DNA of 64,000 bases from Tubulanus polymorphus (Eukaryota; Animalia; Nemertea): the NCBI RefSeq assembly GCF_964204645.1, contig NC_134036.1:4184600-4248599 (forward strand), read 5' to 3'. Both the position numbers and the translations under genes were made by a program. Below are positions 40,001 to 52,041 of the stretch, piece after piece (the stretch's first letter is position 1; each line of letters starts with the position of its first letter). The notes below the pieces were generated by a model. It was not told the origin of the DNA and did no database searches. It saw only the letters and a list, made by a program, of their open reading frames with translations.

Positions 40001-40280
40001 GTACGGTTTTCACAGCAATAACCTGCGCTATCCGGCGGCGCGCGCGGCGACGTTGCTGCACTTTGACGACGCGACCGCGGCGCGAGATGCCTGTCACCGA
40101 TACGGCCTGACCGTCGCTGATGCGAAGGACGACGGCGTCGGCGGCGGAGAAATCGTGTTCCAGAAAGAAAGTTTTAAAGACGACGAAAATGCGGCGGCTT
40201 CGCGCTGGAACCTGCTGGAAAGTCGACTACTCAACGGATCTGCCGCTTACATGAAACCGATTTCGCAACCGAAGACCTGA
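34054..40280 (+). CDS. SAC3D1: SAC3/GANP-domain protein, SAC3D1-like, 358 aa; exons 34054-34130, 35724-35786, 36592-36720, 37265-37426, 38133-38336, 39008-39148, 39980-40280
   Basis: SAC3 motifs GTCMKMCP..E..LR, LHPFE, VKSYSR.AAG, LRP..L..TVDFLL, Y.Y.FDRLRAVRQD..IQ, FEAVYLLYNLG and NYVRMFRL. Six GT-AG phase-2 introns give 1077 nt in frame. The short stand-alone SAC3 domain favours SAC3D1 over GANP/LENG8. Confidence 0.9.
34329..34833. mobile_element. Foldback MITE (~505 bp, long imperfect inverted arms, TA flanks)
   Basis: TA|ctgtctgtcacac...gtgtgacagacag|TA with ~200-bp imperfect arms, in SAC3D1 intron 1. Confidence 0.85.
34994..35216. mobile_element. MITE with 27-bp perfect TIRs and 6-bp TSD
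   Basis: atcttt|GGGTAAAAGTGCAGATCCGCACCTCTC...GAGAGGTGCGGATCTGCACTTTTACCC|atcttt. Confidence 0.88.
36760..36970. repeat. Imperfect ~48-bp tandem repeat
   Basis: agatggc.rcactgtccact.cccgctagattgactactttacc repeated ~4 times in SAC3D1 intron 3. Confidence 0.75.
38401..38532. mobile_element. Short MITE-like element
   Basis: Imperfect TIRs aggggctgcagttgctc ... gagcaaatggccct. Confidence 0.45.
38748..38942 (+). repeat. ~92-bp minisatellite family, array 1 (~2 units)
   Basis: gagttggtgtcaaatactgagtaagagtttgtgaaatacagtagactctgtctc; same unit as at 47.4 and 48.5 kb. Confidence 0.85.
39309..39666 (+). mobile_element. Dispersed non-autonomous DNA element (CAGGGT..ACCCTG-type ends), copy 1
   Basis: Collinear with 40867-41290 and 41819-42440; ends atatcccggaatgaccgatccgtagggatctg. 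Confidence 0.55.
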
Positions 40281-40866
40281 TACACGGTAAATCTTTTTTT
40301 CGATCGTCGGTTTATCGCGAACGGGTTCTCGGATTTCAGTTTTTATTTCGCGGAGAATCAATGATCTTTAGTTCACCGTTGATAAAACCACTCTGGTCGT
40401 AGAGGGCGATTTAGAATCTCACTAACGGATGAACGATGTGCTAACTATTTTCGGACCAAATCCTAATAATCATCTTGATAATGATTTTTGTTGATTTATT
40501 CGCTTATACAGCGAGCTTGAACTGTTATCGATCAGCGCGCTTGCATCGGTATGAAATAAACGCGAGTCGATAGAATAGTAATTTAGAACGCTTTCAGAAT
40601 AGGTATTAAGTTTACAGCTGGCCAAGATTAGTCGCAAATTATGATGAATTTTCCTGAAGAAAAATTACGTCATTCGAATTCTTCTTAAAACATCAAAGCG
40701 ATGGATTTTGATACCTAAGATTCCGCAAGACAGGTGATATGTATGTAAGTGCCCTGTCGCCTATATTGCGCGCTTTCAGACTGGCTTAACTAGGCAACTT
40801 CTATCATGACTCCAAAGGAGAGATCTGTTGGTTGGTGCGTAAGCATATTAAATCTCCAGGATTGCG

Positions 40867-41290
40867 CAGGGTCCCTACGACTCCTCGATTCCGTAAAAAC
40901 TCTTTCTAAATGGAAGGCGCTTTCAAAGGTGATTGAAATTTTTAATTCGAGCAAAATGCCTGAAACACCTTTGAAACTCCTTCGATTTTTGCAAATAGGC
41001 AATTAGAAATGTTTGTAGTTGTATGGAAACACTGGTACTGCAAGCACCAGGATTGGATTTGTCTTTACCCAATTAGGCGGTTACCGAATTAGAAACCAAG
41101 TTTAGGTAGTATATAGGATAAAAACTGCTCTTTCGAAACTGCCGAATTACCGGTTTACCGAGATAAACAGTACCGATTCAGGAGGAGTCTACGGTAATTT
41201 GGATATAGAATTGATGCAGATGCTTCTTTGAAATTTAAAATTTTCTCCTTGAAATCTCCTTATATCCAGCAATAGCCAATCTGTAGGCCG
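40867..41290 (+). mobile_element. Dispersed non-autonomous DNA element, copy 2
   Basis: Starts cagggtccctacgactcctcgattcc; shares aaataggcaattagaaatgtttgta and other blocks with 41819-42440. Confidence 0.6.
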
Positions 41291-41818
41291 TAAAATTGTA
41301 AAAGTGTATTTAAGGGAAAAAAATTAATTTTCGCGATATGTATTTTCTTTTGGCTATTTATTTATTTCTCTCTCATTATTCGATTATGTCAGGGTAATAC
41401 TCGTAAACCTGAAATAGATCAAAATAATTCGTTGTAATGAATTTATATTGGTTCTTAAGAATTAAAATTCACCGGTTCCGAGGAAAACGAAAACATCTCA
41501 TCTCCGCTCGTTGATTATTGTGGCCGGTACAATTCGGAGTCGGATAATATTTGTTGAAATATTTCTCCAGCGCGCGCGAACTTAATCGGAGTAGTGGTCC
41601 TCACCCGGAGGGACTCATGAAGAAACCTAGTTAATGACGTATATGTGCCATCCTCTGAAAATATAATGAAGATAGATAACGTAGCACTAGGTCGCAAAAG
41701 CGGTGTTCGCTTCTGCACTTGCGCTGACCAGGGAGTCTTGCCAGACGTTCTAGTAATCGATATCTAGATCCTTCCACAAGCAATTATTCAAAAACCCTTT
41801 CAAAACGGAACATTTAAA

Positions 41819-42440
41819 CAGGGTCCCTGACTACTCGATTCCTCGAAAACTCCTTCTAAACCAGAAATGTTTTTCAAGGTACTCGAATATCCTTGAATTC
41901 GAACGAAATGCCCAAAAGTCCTTGAAAACTCCTTGAATTTTGAGAAATAGGCAATTAGAAATGTTTGTACTGTAGTAGATAGACACTACGCCTAAAAAGC
42001 AGTTCGATTTCTTCGAATTAGAAACCAGGTTTTTAGAGGATAATGATTGCTTACAAAACCACTGAAATGCTTTTAAACATGTTTGAAACTCCGTCTATTC
42101 AAATATAATGCAAGAAGCTCCTTTGATTTTGAGAAATAGGCAATTAGAATCGTTTGAAGTTGTACAGGAGTTTACGTATAAATCCATCCAGGCGGAACAA
42201 GGATTTATTCTTGATCCAATTAGGTGCTTACCAAATCTTAGGTATATGTAGTGTATAGGATAAACATTTGCTTACAAAACTAATGAATTACCAGTTTACT
42301 GAGATAAATAGTACTGATTTAGGAGGAATCTACAGTAATTGGGATACTAAAATGATGCATTTACGCTTCCTCAAAACTTTTTGAAATTTTCTCACTGAAA
42401 ACTCGTCATATCCAGGATTGACCGATCGGTAGGGACCCGG
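41819..42440 (+). mobile_element. Dispersed non-autonomous DNA element, copy 3 (with internal duplication)
   Basis: TIRs cagggtccct ... agggacccgg; the block gagaaataggcaattagaa occurs twice. Confidence 0.6.
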
Positions 42441-43721
42441 TCCTGGACTATCTGGTCGTCGGTCATCACTCCTAGAGACCAGGAATTAAGCTCGATGACA
42501 ATGCTCTCGGTAATTCATAGCCACCCCACTCCCTGCGTATAATCAATAATACCACCGCGACAGGAGAATAAGCGTCAACGCGTGACGCACGGCAGCTGCT
42601 GTTCTGAATCACTGCTATACGCGATGCTGCCATCTATCGGCGAGTTGCTACAACCACGACAGAGATAAACAAGATGGAGGAGGGAGGCTGTTAGATGATG
42701 GATAGTCTCGGCTAGTTATGAACGAAGCAACCGACTGAAAGGTTCGTACTTTAGACTGTCAAGCGGAAGAGATTTTCAATTAATTACTTCATCCATCTAT
42801 TGATCCTTGGGTTCTAATCGCGAAATTAGGCCACGACCTAGTTTTCAGACGAGTAATTCAATTCTTAAAAGAAGAGTTGCTCTCTCTCTCTCTCTCTCTT
42901 GACAATATGTGAAAATAATGATTATAGCTTATATGTACGTCACTAGAAGGCGCAAACGCGATCAATTCAATGATTATTATGTCCCTCAATGATGGTTTTA
43001 TATGCAGTTAGTTCAACGCTGGCCTGCGGCTGCTGTGTACTTGTGTGGTATGAATCATCAATAGCCCCTGGCATGCGCGTGTTTGTGTGTCTATATGTTC
43101 AGTATAGGGAAAGGCCTTTTAAGGATAAAGCGTGCTATTGCTGAATAGGGCTGTATCAGAATGTAGAGAGGCCTGATGATATAGAAATGTAGAAATATAA
43201 ATTGAGGTTTTCCGTGTTATTATAGATGGCTTGTAAGATAGCCTAACTATACTTTGTCTTTAGATCTAGGGCCAGCAATTGAGGCACGAGCTTAGACTTT
43301 ATCATTGCGATTTAGTAACTCAGTTTCATGGTTCTGAATAAGCTTAGGAAATATAGAAAATGTCCTTAAGATAAGTAAAGAAAACTGGCCTGTTTAACTG
43401 GCTGTTATGGGATGAACTGATACGTAGTCAGAGTGAAATCATGTCTCATCCAATTGAGTAATAGCATAATTCAAAAATGGTATATGAAACCTGAATTGAA
43501 ATCAAGATTGAGTGAGAACTTGCCTATAAAACTTGAGTGAGTTCGAGTAAAAACTGCTCTTTATAAAAAACCTGAATCGAAACAAGGCTCGAGTTAGAAC
43601 TGGTTTTAGAAAACTTGAGTTGAAACCAATTCACTGAATTGAGTTGCATTTGCTCTCTATGTTTTATGTATTTATTTACCAGACCCAATCAGGCTGTTGT
43701 CTGTAAAGTTTGTTTAGTTAT

Positions 43722-43892
43722 CAGTGTTTTCGATAAGAAATTAACAAGCCAGGTCCCTTTGAAAAACAGGAGGGTCCCATAATACGTCACAGTCCCTGAA
43801 ACGAAGGCTGATTTGAAAAAACTGGCTGGCGGCTCCATTACAAACGACAGACGGGTCCGAGACCTGGGACCTGGCTCTTATTGAAAACACTG
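43722..43892. mobile_element. MITE with ~16-bp TIRs
   Basis: gttat|cagtgttttcgataag...cttattgaaaacactg|gttat; a related internal sequence lies inverted at ~39895-39930. Confidence 0.7.
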
Positions 43893-44446
43893 GTTATAGT
43901 TACTATCGACTAGCCCCGGTCTCTAGCTTAGGCCTTGAGCTTAAGTAAATAGATTCATCGCTTAATTGTGGCCGTAAGTTCGAAGTTACCACCGGTCTAG
44001 AAACAACCTGTTTAATGGGCTTAATTGAATCGATGAATAACTGGCTGATCCTAGATGGATTCAGCGTAGGTAGACGCCCTAAGTCTCAACTGTGCTCCTT
44101 TATACCGAAATATACTCGATGTGTAATTATGTAATTCTTTTTTTTTTTCTAGGAAGAAAAGAAAAAGAAAAGAAAGAGAAATTTTTTTAGAATTACCCCT
44201 ATTGAAGACGTAAATAATCCATCATCCGAAAAACCGCGCGAGTTTGTAGGATTGCCTCCCCCCGGAGAACAACGAGACGACATGAAACGCGGAAAGGCTG
44301 ACCAGCCGAGATCGATTGCGCGATTGTTTCGCGTTCGATCGTAATTGGCGGCGTTTCGAGAGCGGCCATCTTGTTTCGTAGATAATTTCGTGAGCCTTCA
44401 TACAACGACGAATTGTCGGGGTCGCGACCTGATCATCGGGGTCGCG

Positions 44447-46314
44447 ATGGAGGAAACACGTCGAACCGGTCAAAATCATTCGTCCACTATAAACTCGAGT
44501 AGCAACGTCGTCATCATTGCCGCTGCCGCCGGCGCCACCAACGTGACGAGAAATGTCGCCGCAGAAATGCCGGAGAAAAAAATCGATTCCGGAAATGCCG
44601 AGGATGAAGCGACCCGCCGCGTTGCGACAACAACAACGACGCAAGCAGCGCCGTCTATGGAGGATAATCGAACTTCGGGGAAAAAACGGAATAATACATT
44701 CTTCGCTTCGTCGTCCTCGACGACCACGGCGGCGGGGACCACCAATTTGAACGTAACGGTTTTATCGGCTTCGGCCAATCAAAACGACGGAGACGGATTC
44801 AGATTGTCGATACCGGCGATTATAGGACTGGCGCTAGGTGGCGTGTTAGTGCTTTTAGTAGCGGGTACGTATTTGTGAGTGTGTGTGCAAGGTGGGGGGG
44901 TTTGTTATCTCAAGCCCTGCACCCTTGAAACATTTCAATTCATTATCGCTGTTCTCCTAATTTCTGATCGTCCACACTTCACATGACACATTGTGTTCAT
45001 GACTTCACCTTTCAATTGAAAATTAACTACAAACACCAGACATCAGATATTTTATCAGCACTCTTTCAAAAACTGATCGTCCACATTTCACATGTGTTCA
45101 GTGCTTCACCTGAGACATTTTCAATTGAAAATGAACTACAAACACCAGATATATTAGCCAGCACTTTTATATTTATCATCGCACTTTCAAAGACTGTTCG
45201 TCCACCCTTCACATGCGTTCAGAACTTCACCTGAGACATTTTTAATTGAAAATGAACTACAAACACCAGACACTAGACATTTTATCACGCGTTTTATCAC
45301 TTCATCTGTGTGCAGGACTTCACCTGAACCATTTTGATTAAAATCTAAGATCAATACGCTTGCGATCGTTATTGTTGTATTTCTAATCGACATGTGTATT
45401 ATTCTCTTCGTATCTCGTAGGTCTCCTGATCGGTTATTTCATATATCGCCACCGACATCTGAAAGTGACGAGCGCGAAACAAGCGAAGAAGAAAGACGAT
45501 GGCTGGGACGACACGATCGCGCTTAGTTACATCAACTCCAACTTCGACATCGTTGACTGGCAAAAAGTGAGTTTTAAAATCTGCGTATATCCAGTTATGT
45601 CCAGGAATGACCGATCGGTAAGGACCCTGAGTATATCCAGTTATATCCCGGAATGACTGATCCGTAGGCACCCTGAGTATATCCAGTTATATCCTGGAAT
45701 GACCGATCGGTAAGGACCCTGAGTATATGCAGTTATATCCCGGAATGACTGATCCGTAGGCACCCTGAGTATATCCAGTTATGTCCAGGAATGACCGATC
45801 GGTAAGGACCTGAGTATATCCAGTTATATCCCGGAATGACAGATCCGTAGGCACCCTGAGTATATCCAGTTATATCCTGGAATGACTGATCGGTAAGGAC
45901 CCTGAGTATATGCAGTTATATCCCGGAATGACCGATCCGTAAGCACCCTGAGTATATCCGGTTATATCCAGGAATGACCGATCCGTAAGCACCCTGAGTA
46001 TATCCAGTTATATCCAGGAATGACCGATCCGTAAAGACCCTGAGTAAGGCACCCTGAGTAGGTCAGTCTCGCCGGAGAATTCTCACATTCATTGTTTGTT
46101 CTTTCAGGAGATCAGCGATGACGTCGTGTCGCTGGACAACGACCAGTTTCTCAACAGCCTCGAGAGTATGATGTTCTCGAACCTGTGGATGCAGAGCGCG
46201 GCCAACATCTCCAACGCGCCGACCGCCGCCGTCCCGACGCCGACCGCTGGCGCCGTCGCGATCGTACCGCCGCCGCCCGCGACTACGACGACGGGCGCCG
46301 CGACGAAAACCTGA
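44447..46314 (+). CDS. Single-pass membrane protein with S/T-rich, N-glycosylation-site-rich ectodomain; exons 44447-44864, 45421-45566, 46108-46314 (true start uncertain)
   Basis: GC-rich exons; in-frame GT-AG introns (phases 1 and 0); TM IPAIIGLALGGVLVLLVAGLLIGYFIY followed by RHRHLK; acidic cytoplasmic tail. Confidence 0.75.
44920..45330. repeat. Imperfect ~110-120-bp tandem repeat in intron
   Basis: ttcacctgagacattttcaattgaaaatgaactacaaacaccaga occurs ~3 times. Confidence 0.7.
45586..46060. repeat. 46-bp minisatellite (~10 units, alternating A/B variants)
   Basis: gtatatccagttatatcccggaatgactgatccgtaggcaccctga. Confidence 0.92.
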
Positions 46315-47344
46315 CACAGGTTGAACCTGGCTGTTGGCGGCGGCGCGGACGAGCTGTCGGTCTGTCGCGGCGGCCAGGACCGCGCGCCCGGCACGAAAAC
46401 CGTTCCGAAATCGGCGGCCAACGAACAGTACAGTCGTTATAAATATTCGACGTTGGCGTCGGTGGTCGAGGGAGACGCGCCAACGCCGCACGCCGAGTCC
46501 GATCCGAAATCGAAGTTACTCGGCGATTGAGCGATATGGGCGGAGTCGAGTCGGGATGATTGATTGAGTGATAGATTGTAGCGCGTCAGGCCATGACACT
46601 CTATTTAGGCAGCAATTCGCAATCGGTACTGAGAAATCCTCGTATTTTATTTTCGAAAAAAATGTTAAAAAAATCCGATAGTAAGGATTGGAGGACAATG
46701 AAAAATCAATCCGACTGTTTCGATTTTGAAGTGCTGTATGGGTTAGCCACGAAGGCCAGAAATGATTCGATATTTCGATCGACGGATGATGTGGGCGAAG
46801 TCCGCTGTCTTTTTTATCTATCTCAAGAAATTTGTTAGTCATGTAAGAATCTAGTCATTGGTTTCTGCGCAGATATTCTTCGAAGATAACACTGAGATTT
46901 CAAAGGGTTCCTAATCGTAAGGGTTCCTGTTCGAGATTCGAAAATATAGGTTTTCGCTGTTTATCGGAGACTTTTTTTGGAGTCGAATCGACCACAAGCG
47001 ACCCTGTGAAACTGGGGCGCTAAGTTATGAATATCGAGAAAATGAAAGTTACGAAGAAAAAATAAGTAATACAATATCAGGGCTGTCTGTCTCTTTCCTT
47101 AACGTATATACAGAAAAACCGAAAATATAACATTCCAGAAACGCGCATCTTAAAAAGCGTGTAAATTATTTCCTTTTTCTACATAAACGAGAAATGTGTA
47201 ATATAGTGTATAGAAAGAATAGCGTAGGTTTTTCAGAGTCGCTTATATATTTATCGTGGGAGTAATAATCGAGCATTTTGTAGATACGCTATCGCTTATT
47301 ATCGCAATGTCCGGTTAGGTTAGGGCTGGTTAAATTATAACCGG

Positions 47345-47886
47345 AGTTAGAGTTTGTGAAGTACGGTAGAGACTCTGTGCCTTACCGAGGTTTAAGTTGT
47401 AGCTTACTGGGGTTAAGTTAAGACTGGTCAAATTCTACCCAGAGTTGGTGTAGAATACTGAGTAAGAGTTTGTGAAATACAGTAGATTCTGTCTCTTACT
47501 GCGGTAAAGTTGAGACTGGTAAAATTCAATCCCCGAGTTGGTGTCAAATACTGAGTAAGAGTTTGTGAAATACAGTAGACTCCTGTCTCTTACTGCGGTA
47601 AAGTTGAGACCGGTAAAATTCTACCCCGAGTTGGTGTCAAATACCGAGTAAGAGTTTTTGAAATACAGTAGACTCTGTCTCTTACTGCGGTTAAGTTGAG
47701 ACCGGTAAAATTCTACCCCGAGTTGGTGTCAAATACCGAGTAAGAGTTTTTGAAATACAGTAGACTCTGTCTCTTACTGCGGTTAAGTTGAGACCGGTAA
47801 AATTCTACCCCGAATTGGTGTCAAATACCAATTAAGCGCCTGATAAATGCAGAAGACTCTGTCTCTTACTGCCGTTAAGTTGAGAT
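47345..47886 (+). repeat. ~92-bp minisatellite family, array 2 (~6 units)
   Basis: Period 92 (ttggtgtc at 47631 and 47723). Confidence 0.9.
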
Positions 47887-48457
47887 TAATAAAAAAGCTG
47901 CCAAATACTGGAAATCATTTCGAATAACCTGGAAACCGTGTGGGATGGGGCTGAAACCCCGAGTTGCAACCCGCAGATTGATATTCAATGATAGGAACAC
48001 ATTAGCCGCCCCTATTGTAAATAAATACGATGCGGTCTTTTTTTGTATATATTCGTTTATAGGGGTTATATATTTATAATATTCGTGTATGTTCGTACCG
48101 TCATGTGCCATCATGTTTTAGAAGCTAATTTCTCTCATAAATTCCGCGTTCAATTCGTATTTACATTTATCTGTACGTACATATGTGAGATAGCAGCAGC
48201 TGATTTATTATTCGATTTATTTATTTTTTTCATAAATCATCGTTGATAGATTTGTTTTTGATAGCTGCTGACTAGCTCGGCGAATGTCATGTATTCAATT
48301 GCCATATGGGCCTTATTCGAGTATTGTTTGAATCGGTTAGACTACTGCATAAAAGGTCGTCTTCAAAATTGGATCGCTGGTTTTTTTTAACCAAATATCA
48401 AATTTAAGTTACGTGGAGGTAGACTTTATTTCTGCAAAGTTGCGACTTTTCTGCCCC

Positions 48458-48850
48458 AAGTTGGTGTCAAATACTGAGTAAGAGTTTGTGAAATACATCA
48501 GACTCAAACTCTTACCACGATAAAGTTGAGATTGGTAAAATTCAACCCGAGTTGGTGTCAAATACTGAGTAAGAGTTTGTGAAATACATCAGACTCAAAC
48601 TCTTACCGCGATAAAGTTGAGATTGGTAAAATTCAACCCGAGTTGGTGTCAAATACTGAGTAAGAGTTTGTGAAATACATCGGACTCAAACTCTTACCGC
48701 GATAAAGTTGAGATTGGTTAAAATTCAACCCGAGTTGGTGTCAAATACTGAGTAAGAGTTTGTGAAATACATCAGACTCAAACTCTTACCGCGATAAAGT
48801 TGAGATTGGTAAAATTCAACCCGAGTTGGTGTCAAATACTGAGTAAGAGT
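48458..48850 (+). repeat. ~91-bp minisatellite family, array 3 (~4 units)
   Basis: Period 91 (48461 and 48552); array-specific variant catcagactcaaactcttaccgcgataaag. Confidence 0.9.
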
Positions 48851-49249
48851 CTCTGACTCTTTTAGTTGAAATAGTTCCAAGTGATTTTACATTTACATAT
48901 CTTATAGTTCTTCGGTGTTGGCATTTTCTATTTGAATCTGTTTGTTTTTTTCGAGCGACATGTCAGGTCGAATCTCTCTAGGTTGTGATATCTTAATGAA
49001 ATCATTATCATATTAATTGATTAATTGATTATTAGTTAATATACCGGTGTGTGTATATACTTATTTTTTTACGCTATGATAGGATTATTTAGTTATACGG
49101 ATATATTTTTCTAGCTCTGTATTTATTTTCTATGTTGTGTGATTGGTTCGTTCGGTTGTGAAGTGTTTAGTGCGCCTCGCGTATTAATGATGTTACATTT
49201 TATTGAATTTATTACAAGCAGACCCCTGCCCGAATAAGGGCAAGCCTTC

Positions 49250-49430
49250 GTCGCAGGGATTTGAATCTAATAGCATCGCGAGACTCTGCCATATTCCTCC
49301 CTCGTAAAGATTTGAACCTGATGGCATCATGAGACACTACTACGTTCCTTCTTCGCAGGGATTCGAACCTGATGATGGCATCGCGAGACTTCGCCACATT
49401 CCTCCCTAGGGAATCAAACCTGACACCATC
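49250..49430. repeat. Imperfect ~50-bp tandem repeat with B-box-like motif
   Basis: gcagggattcgaacctgatggcatcgcgagact occurs ~4 times. Confidence 0.6.
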
Positions 49431-50519
49431 GCTATAGACTGTCACGAGACAAACCCCAGGCCTGTATAGTCGACCTATCCTACTCCGTTTTAGAATTGGA
49501 AGATCTGAGAGGAATGCGTGTAGGGACGAAGAGGTTCTGGGTCGTACAAGCTTTGCTGCCATCTCCGACCCGCTCTTTGCGTAACAAGCATAGATACATT
49601 GTGTCGGGGTCTGGCATTCCTCATGCATGCTATGTAATGTACTTAATAATGTCGTACTGTACCAGATTACTATGCAAATCACGAACTGGTCTTATGTAAG
49701 AATCGCTCTGAATTATTCCTATTTATAGTCATTATGTTCCTATTTAGCAAAACTGAGAACTCGCTTCATTCTATTTGACCCTTCAAAATTTCGTCTAAAA
49801 TATCCTCCCGTCCCTATCTGAGTGTGGACCAGGTTGACAGCCTTGAGAGTGTCGAAGTCACCAATTCTATTTCCTATTGGTAACATAGTTTGGCGGTGCT
49901 ATCAGATTCGAATTTCCGCTGTAGAGATAGAGACCTGTCTGCGATCTAAACTGGTGTTTCAATTTTATTCATGTTGCATTTCTGATTATTAGAATTATCA
50001 AAACGGTCGATACCTTGTTTCTCATTTTTGCTGAGTTTAAAAGTTGACCCGGCCGGCCGCCTGTCTACCCTGTACATAACTTTTTTTAAAACATAATCGA
50101 GCTAACAATAACAGACTCGGCAGCTGTATAGAAATGAACTGATTACAGATTTTATCGCAGTTTTTGAAATCACCCGCGGCCGATTAGGAAAAACAAGGTA
50201 TCTTCTTTTTAGCCTTGCATGTATCTAACAGTGTCGAGTGTACAGTGATGTCTTATAGTGCTGATGTGTTAAAAGACGAATAAAAATTTCCGGAAGAAAG
50301 GAATTTATTTTTAACACGAATATACTCGCTCGTTTGTCGTTTTATTGTCGTTTTATTGGATTTGTCGGTTTGGTGTGGTGACTTTTATATTGCCTTCTTT
50401 CAATGGAGTCTGGAGTGGAGACAGTTTATTACGCTTCAACTACACAGCCGCCAACTACCTTCCTGAATTTCAGTATTTGTTACTATCTTAAAATGAGAAA
50501 TACTGATTTGATGTGTGTT

Positions 50520-50745
50520 GCATACAGAAATATGAAATATGTTAGTGAGGGTCTTACTGTTGAATACTGATTAATTTGAACAGAAATATGAAAGATGTTA
50601 CTGAGGGTCTAACTGTTGATTACTGATTAATTTGAACAGAAATATTGAAGATGTTACTGAGGGTCTTACTGTTAAACTGATAAACGATAAATTTGAACAG
50701 AAATATGTAAGATCTTTCTCTGAGGGTCCCATTGTTGATTACTGT
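50520..50745. repeat. ~57-bp tandem repeat
   Basis: aacagaaatatgaaagatgttactgagggtct occurs 4 times. Confidence 0.8.
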
Positions 50746-50875
50746 TTAGCACATTTCAGAGATTGGTAGCCCTGCAACAGTCAATCCAACTCAAGTCTGA
50801 TAAGATAGTGCACAGATGTAGTGGCACTAATTTCGAAATGGTATGATTTGCACTGGCTTATCAAATTTGATACCT

Positions 50876-50976
50876 CCTGACATACCCGGCAATCCCAACA
50901 TACCCGGCAATCCCAACATACCCGGCAATCCCGACATACCCATCAATTCAAACATACCCGGCAATCCCCACATACC
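50876..50976. repeat. 18-bp tandem repeat
   Basis: (catacccggcaatcccaa) x ~5. Confidence 0.85.
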
Positions 50977-51289
50977 AATCACACTGATCGCATCTTTACC
51001 TAACTATACGTCCCCATCCCAGCCCATATATACCTCACTATCCCAGCCCATCTATACCTCCCTACCCCGCTGGACTTAGAAAATTTCGCCAAATTTTGCG
51101 AAAATTGGGATTCGAATATGCTAGCACCGGTGGATTCTGAAGTAAATTTTAACATTTTTGTACAATTTTTATATTCAGGAAATCGTTGCAAGTTGTCTGT
51201 GGCATGGCCTGTGATGTTATTCTTCTAGACAGCCCTTGATGTACGAGTTTTTGGTGTAAATGAATGGGAAAACATGGTAAGTATGTCTT

Positions 51290-51655
51290 ACTTGATTTGA
51301 ATTTGAAAAGCATTTGAAGTCCACGGAATTAAACTCATCGTTTAGACTTCAAATCCACGGAATTAGCTATTGTCTCAACGTAAAATTTCGACTTACATCC
51401 TCATTGCCTTCAATTAAACTTATTGTTCGGACTTAAGATGCTTGAAATTAGCTATTGTCTTCAATTAAACTCATTGTTTGGTTTTCAAATGCTTGCAATT
51501 AGCTATTGTCTTCAATTAGACTCATTGTTTGGACTTCAAATGCTTAGAATTAGCTATTGTCTCAACGTGAAATCTTTGTTCGAATTAAATAATTAGCTAT
51601 TGTCTTCAATTAAACTCACTGTTTGGTCGTGAAATGCTTGGAATTAACTGTTGTC
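51290..51655 (-). repeat. Diverged inverted array of the 51-bp satellite
   Basis: aattagctattgtcttcaattaaactcattgtttgg is the reverse complement of the 58-64 kb monomer. Confidence 0.85.
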
Positions 51656-52041
51656 GTATATCCCCTGCACTTTACACGTTTCATTTGCATTGGTACTACT
51701 GAGAACTATGCATTTATTTCAATCTTAAAAAATTCATATTTTTTGTCTTTGTTTACAGAATCTTGGAGACAACGGCCAACAGAACGACGACTTTCAGAGC
51801 GACCGTTTTTGTAGAAATTCTGTAATTCTGTAGGATTTAGGACACGTGTCTGTTTTTTAGCCGTAAGAATTTTTGAAAGTGTTTTTTTCTGGACGCTGTT
51901 AGGGAATAATTTAGCGTTGGAATTATATTCAGATATTCGAATTTAATGTCGAGTTGTCATTGCCGCCGTGACGTCACGGTTCTTTGTACGAATGCGAATG
52001 GTCGGCGAATATCTGTGAATGTTTACCGGTCACAATCGGGC

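Noticed and set aside
45586-46060. CRISPR-like array (also considered for 47.3-48.9 kb, 53.6-54.0 kb and 58-64 kb)
   Set aside because: Head-to-tail repeats with no unique spacers, no cas genes, and a eukaryotic context.
46312-46314. Selenocysteine UGA
   Set aside because: No redox motif context and no SECIS recognised by eye; SECISearch would be needed.
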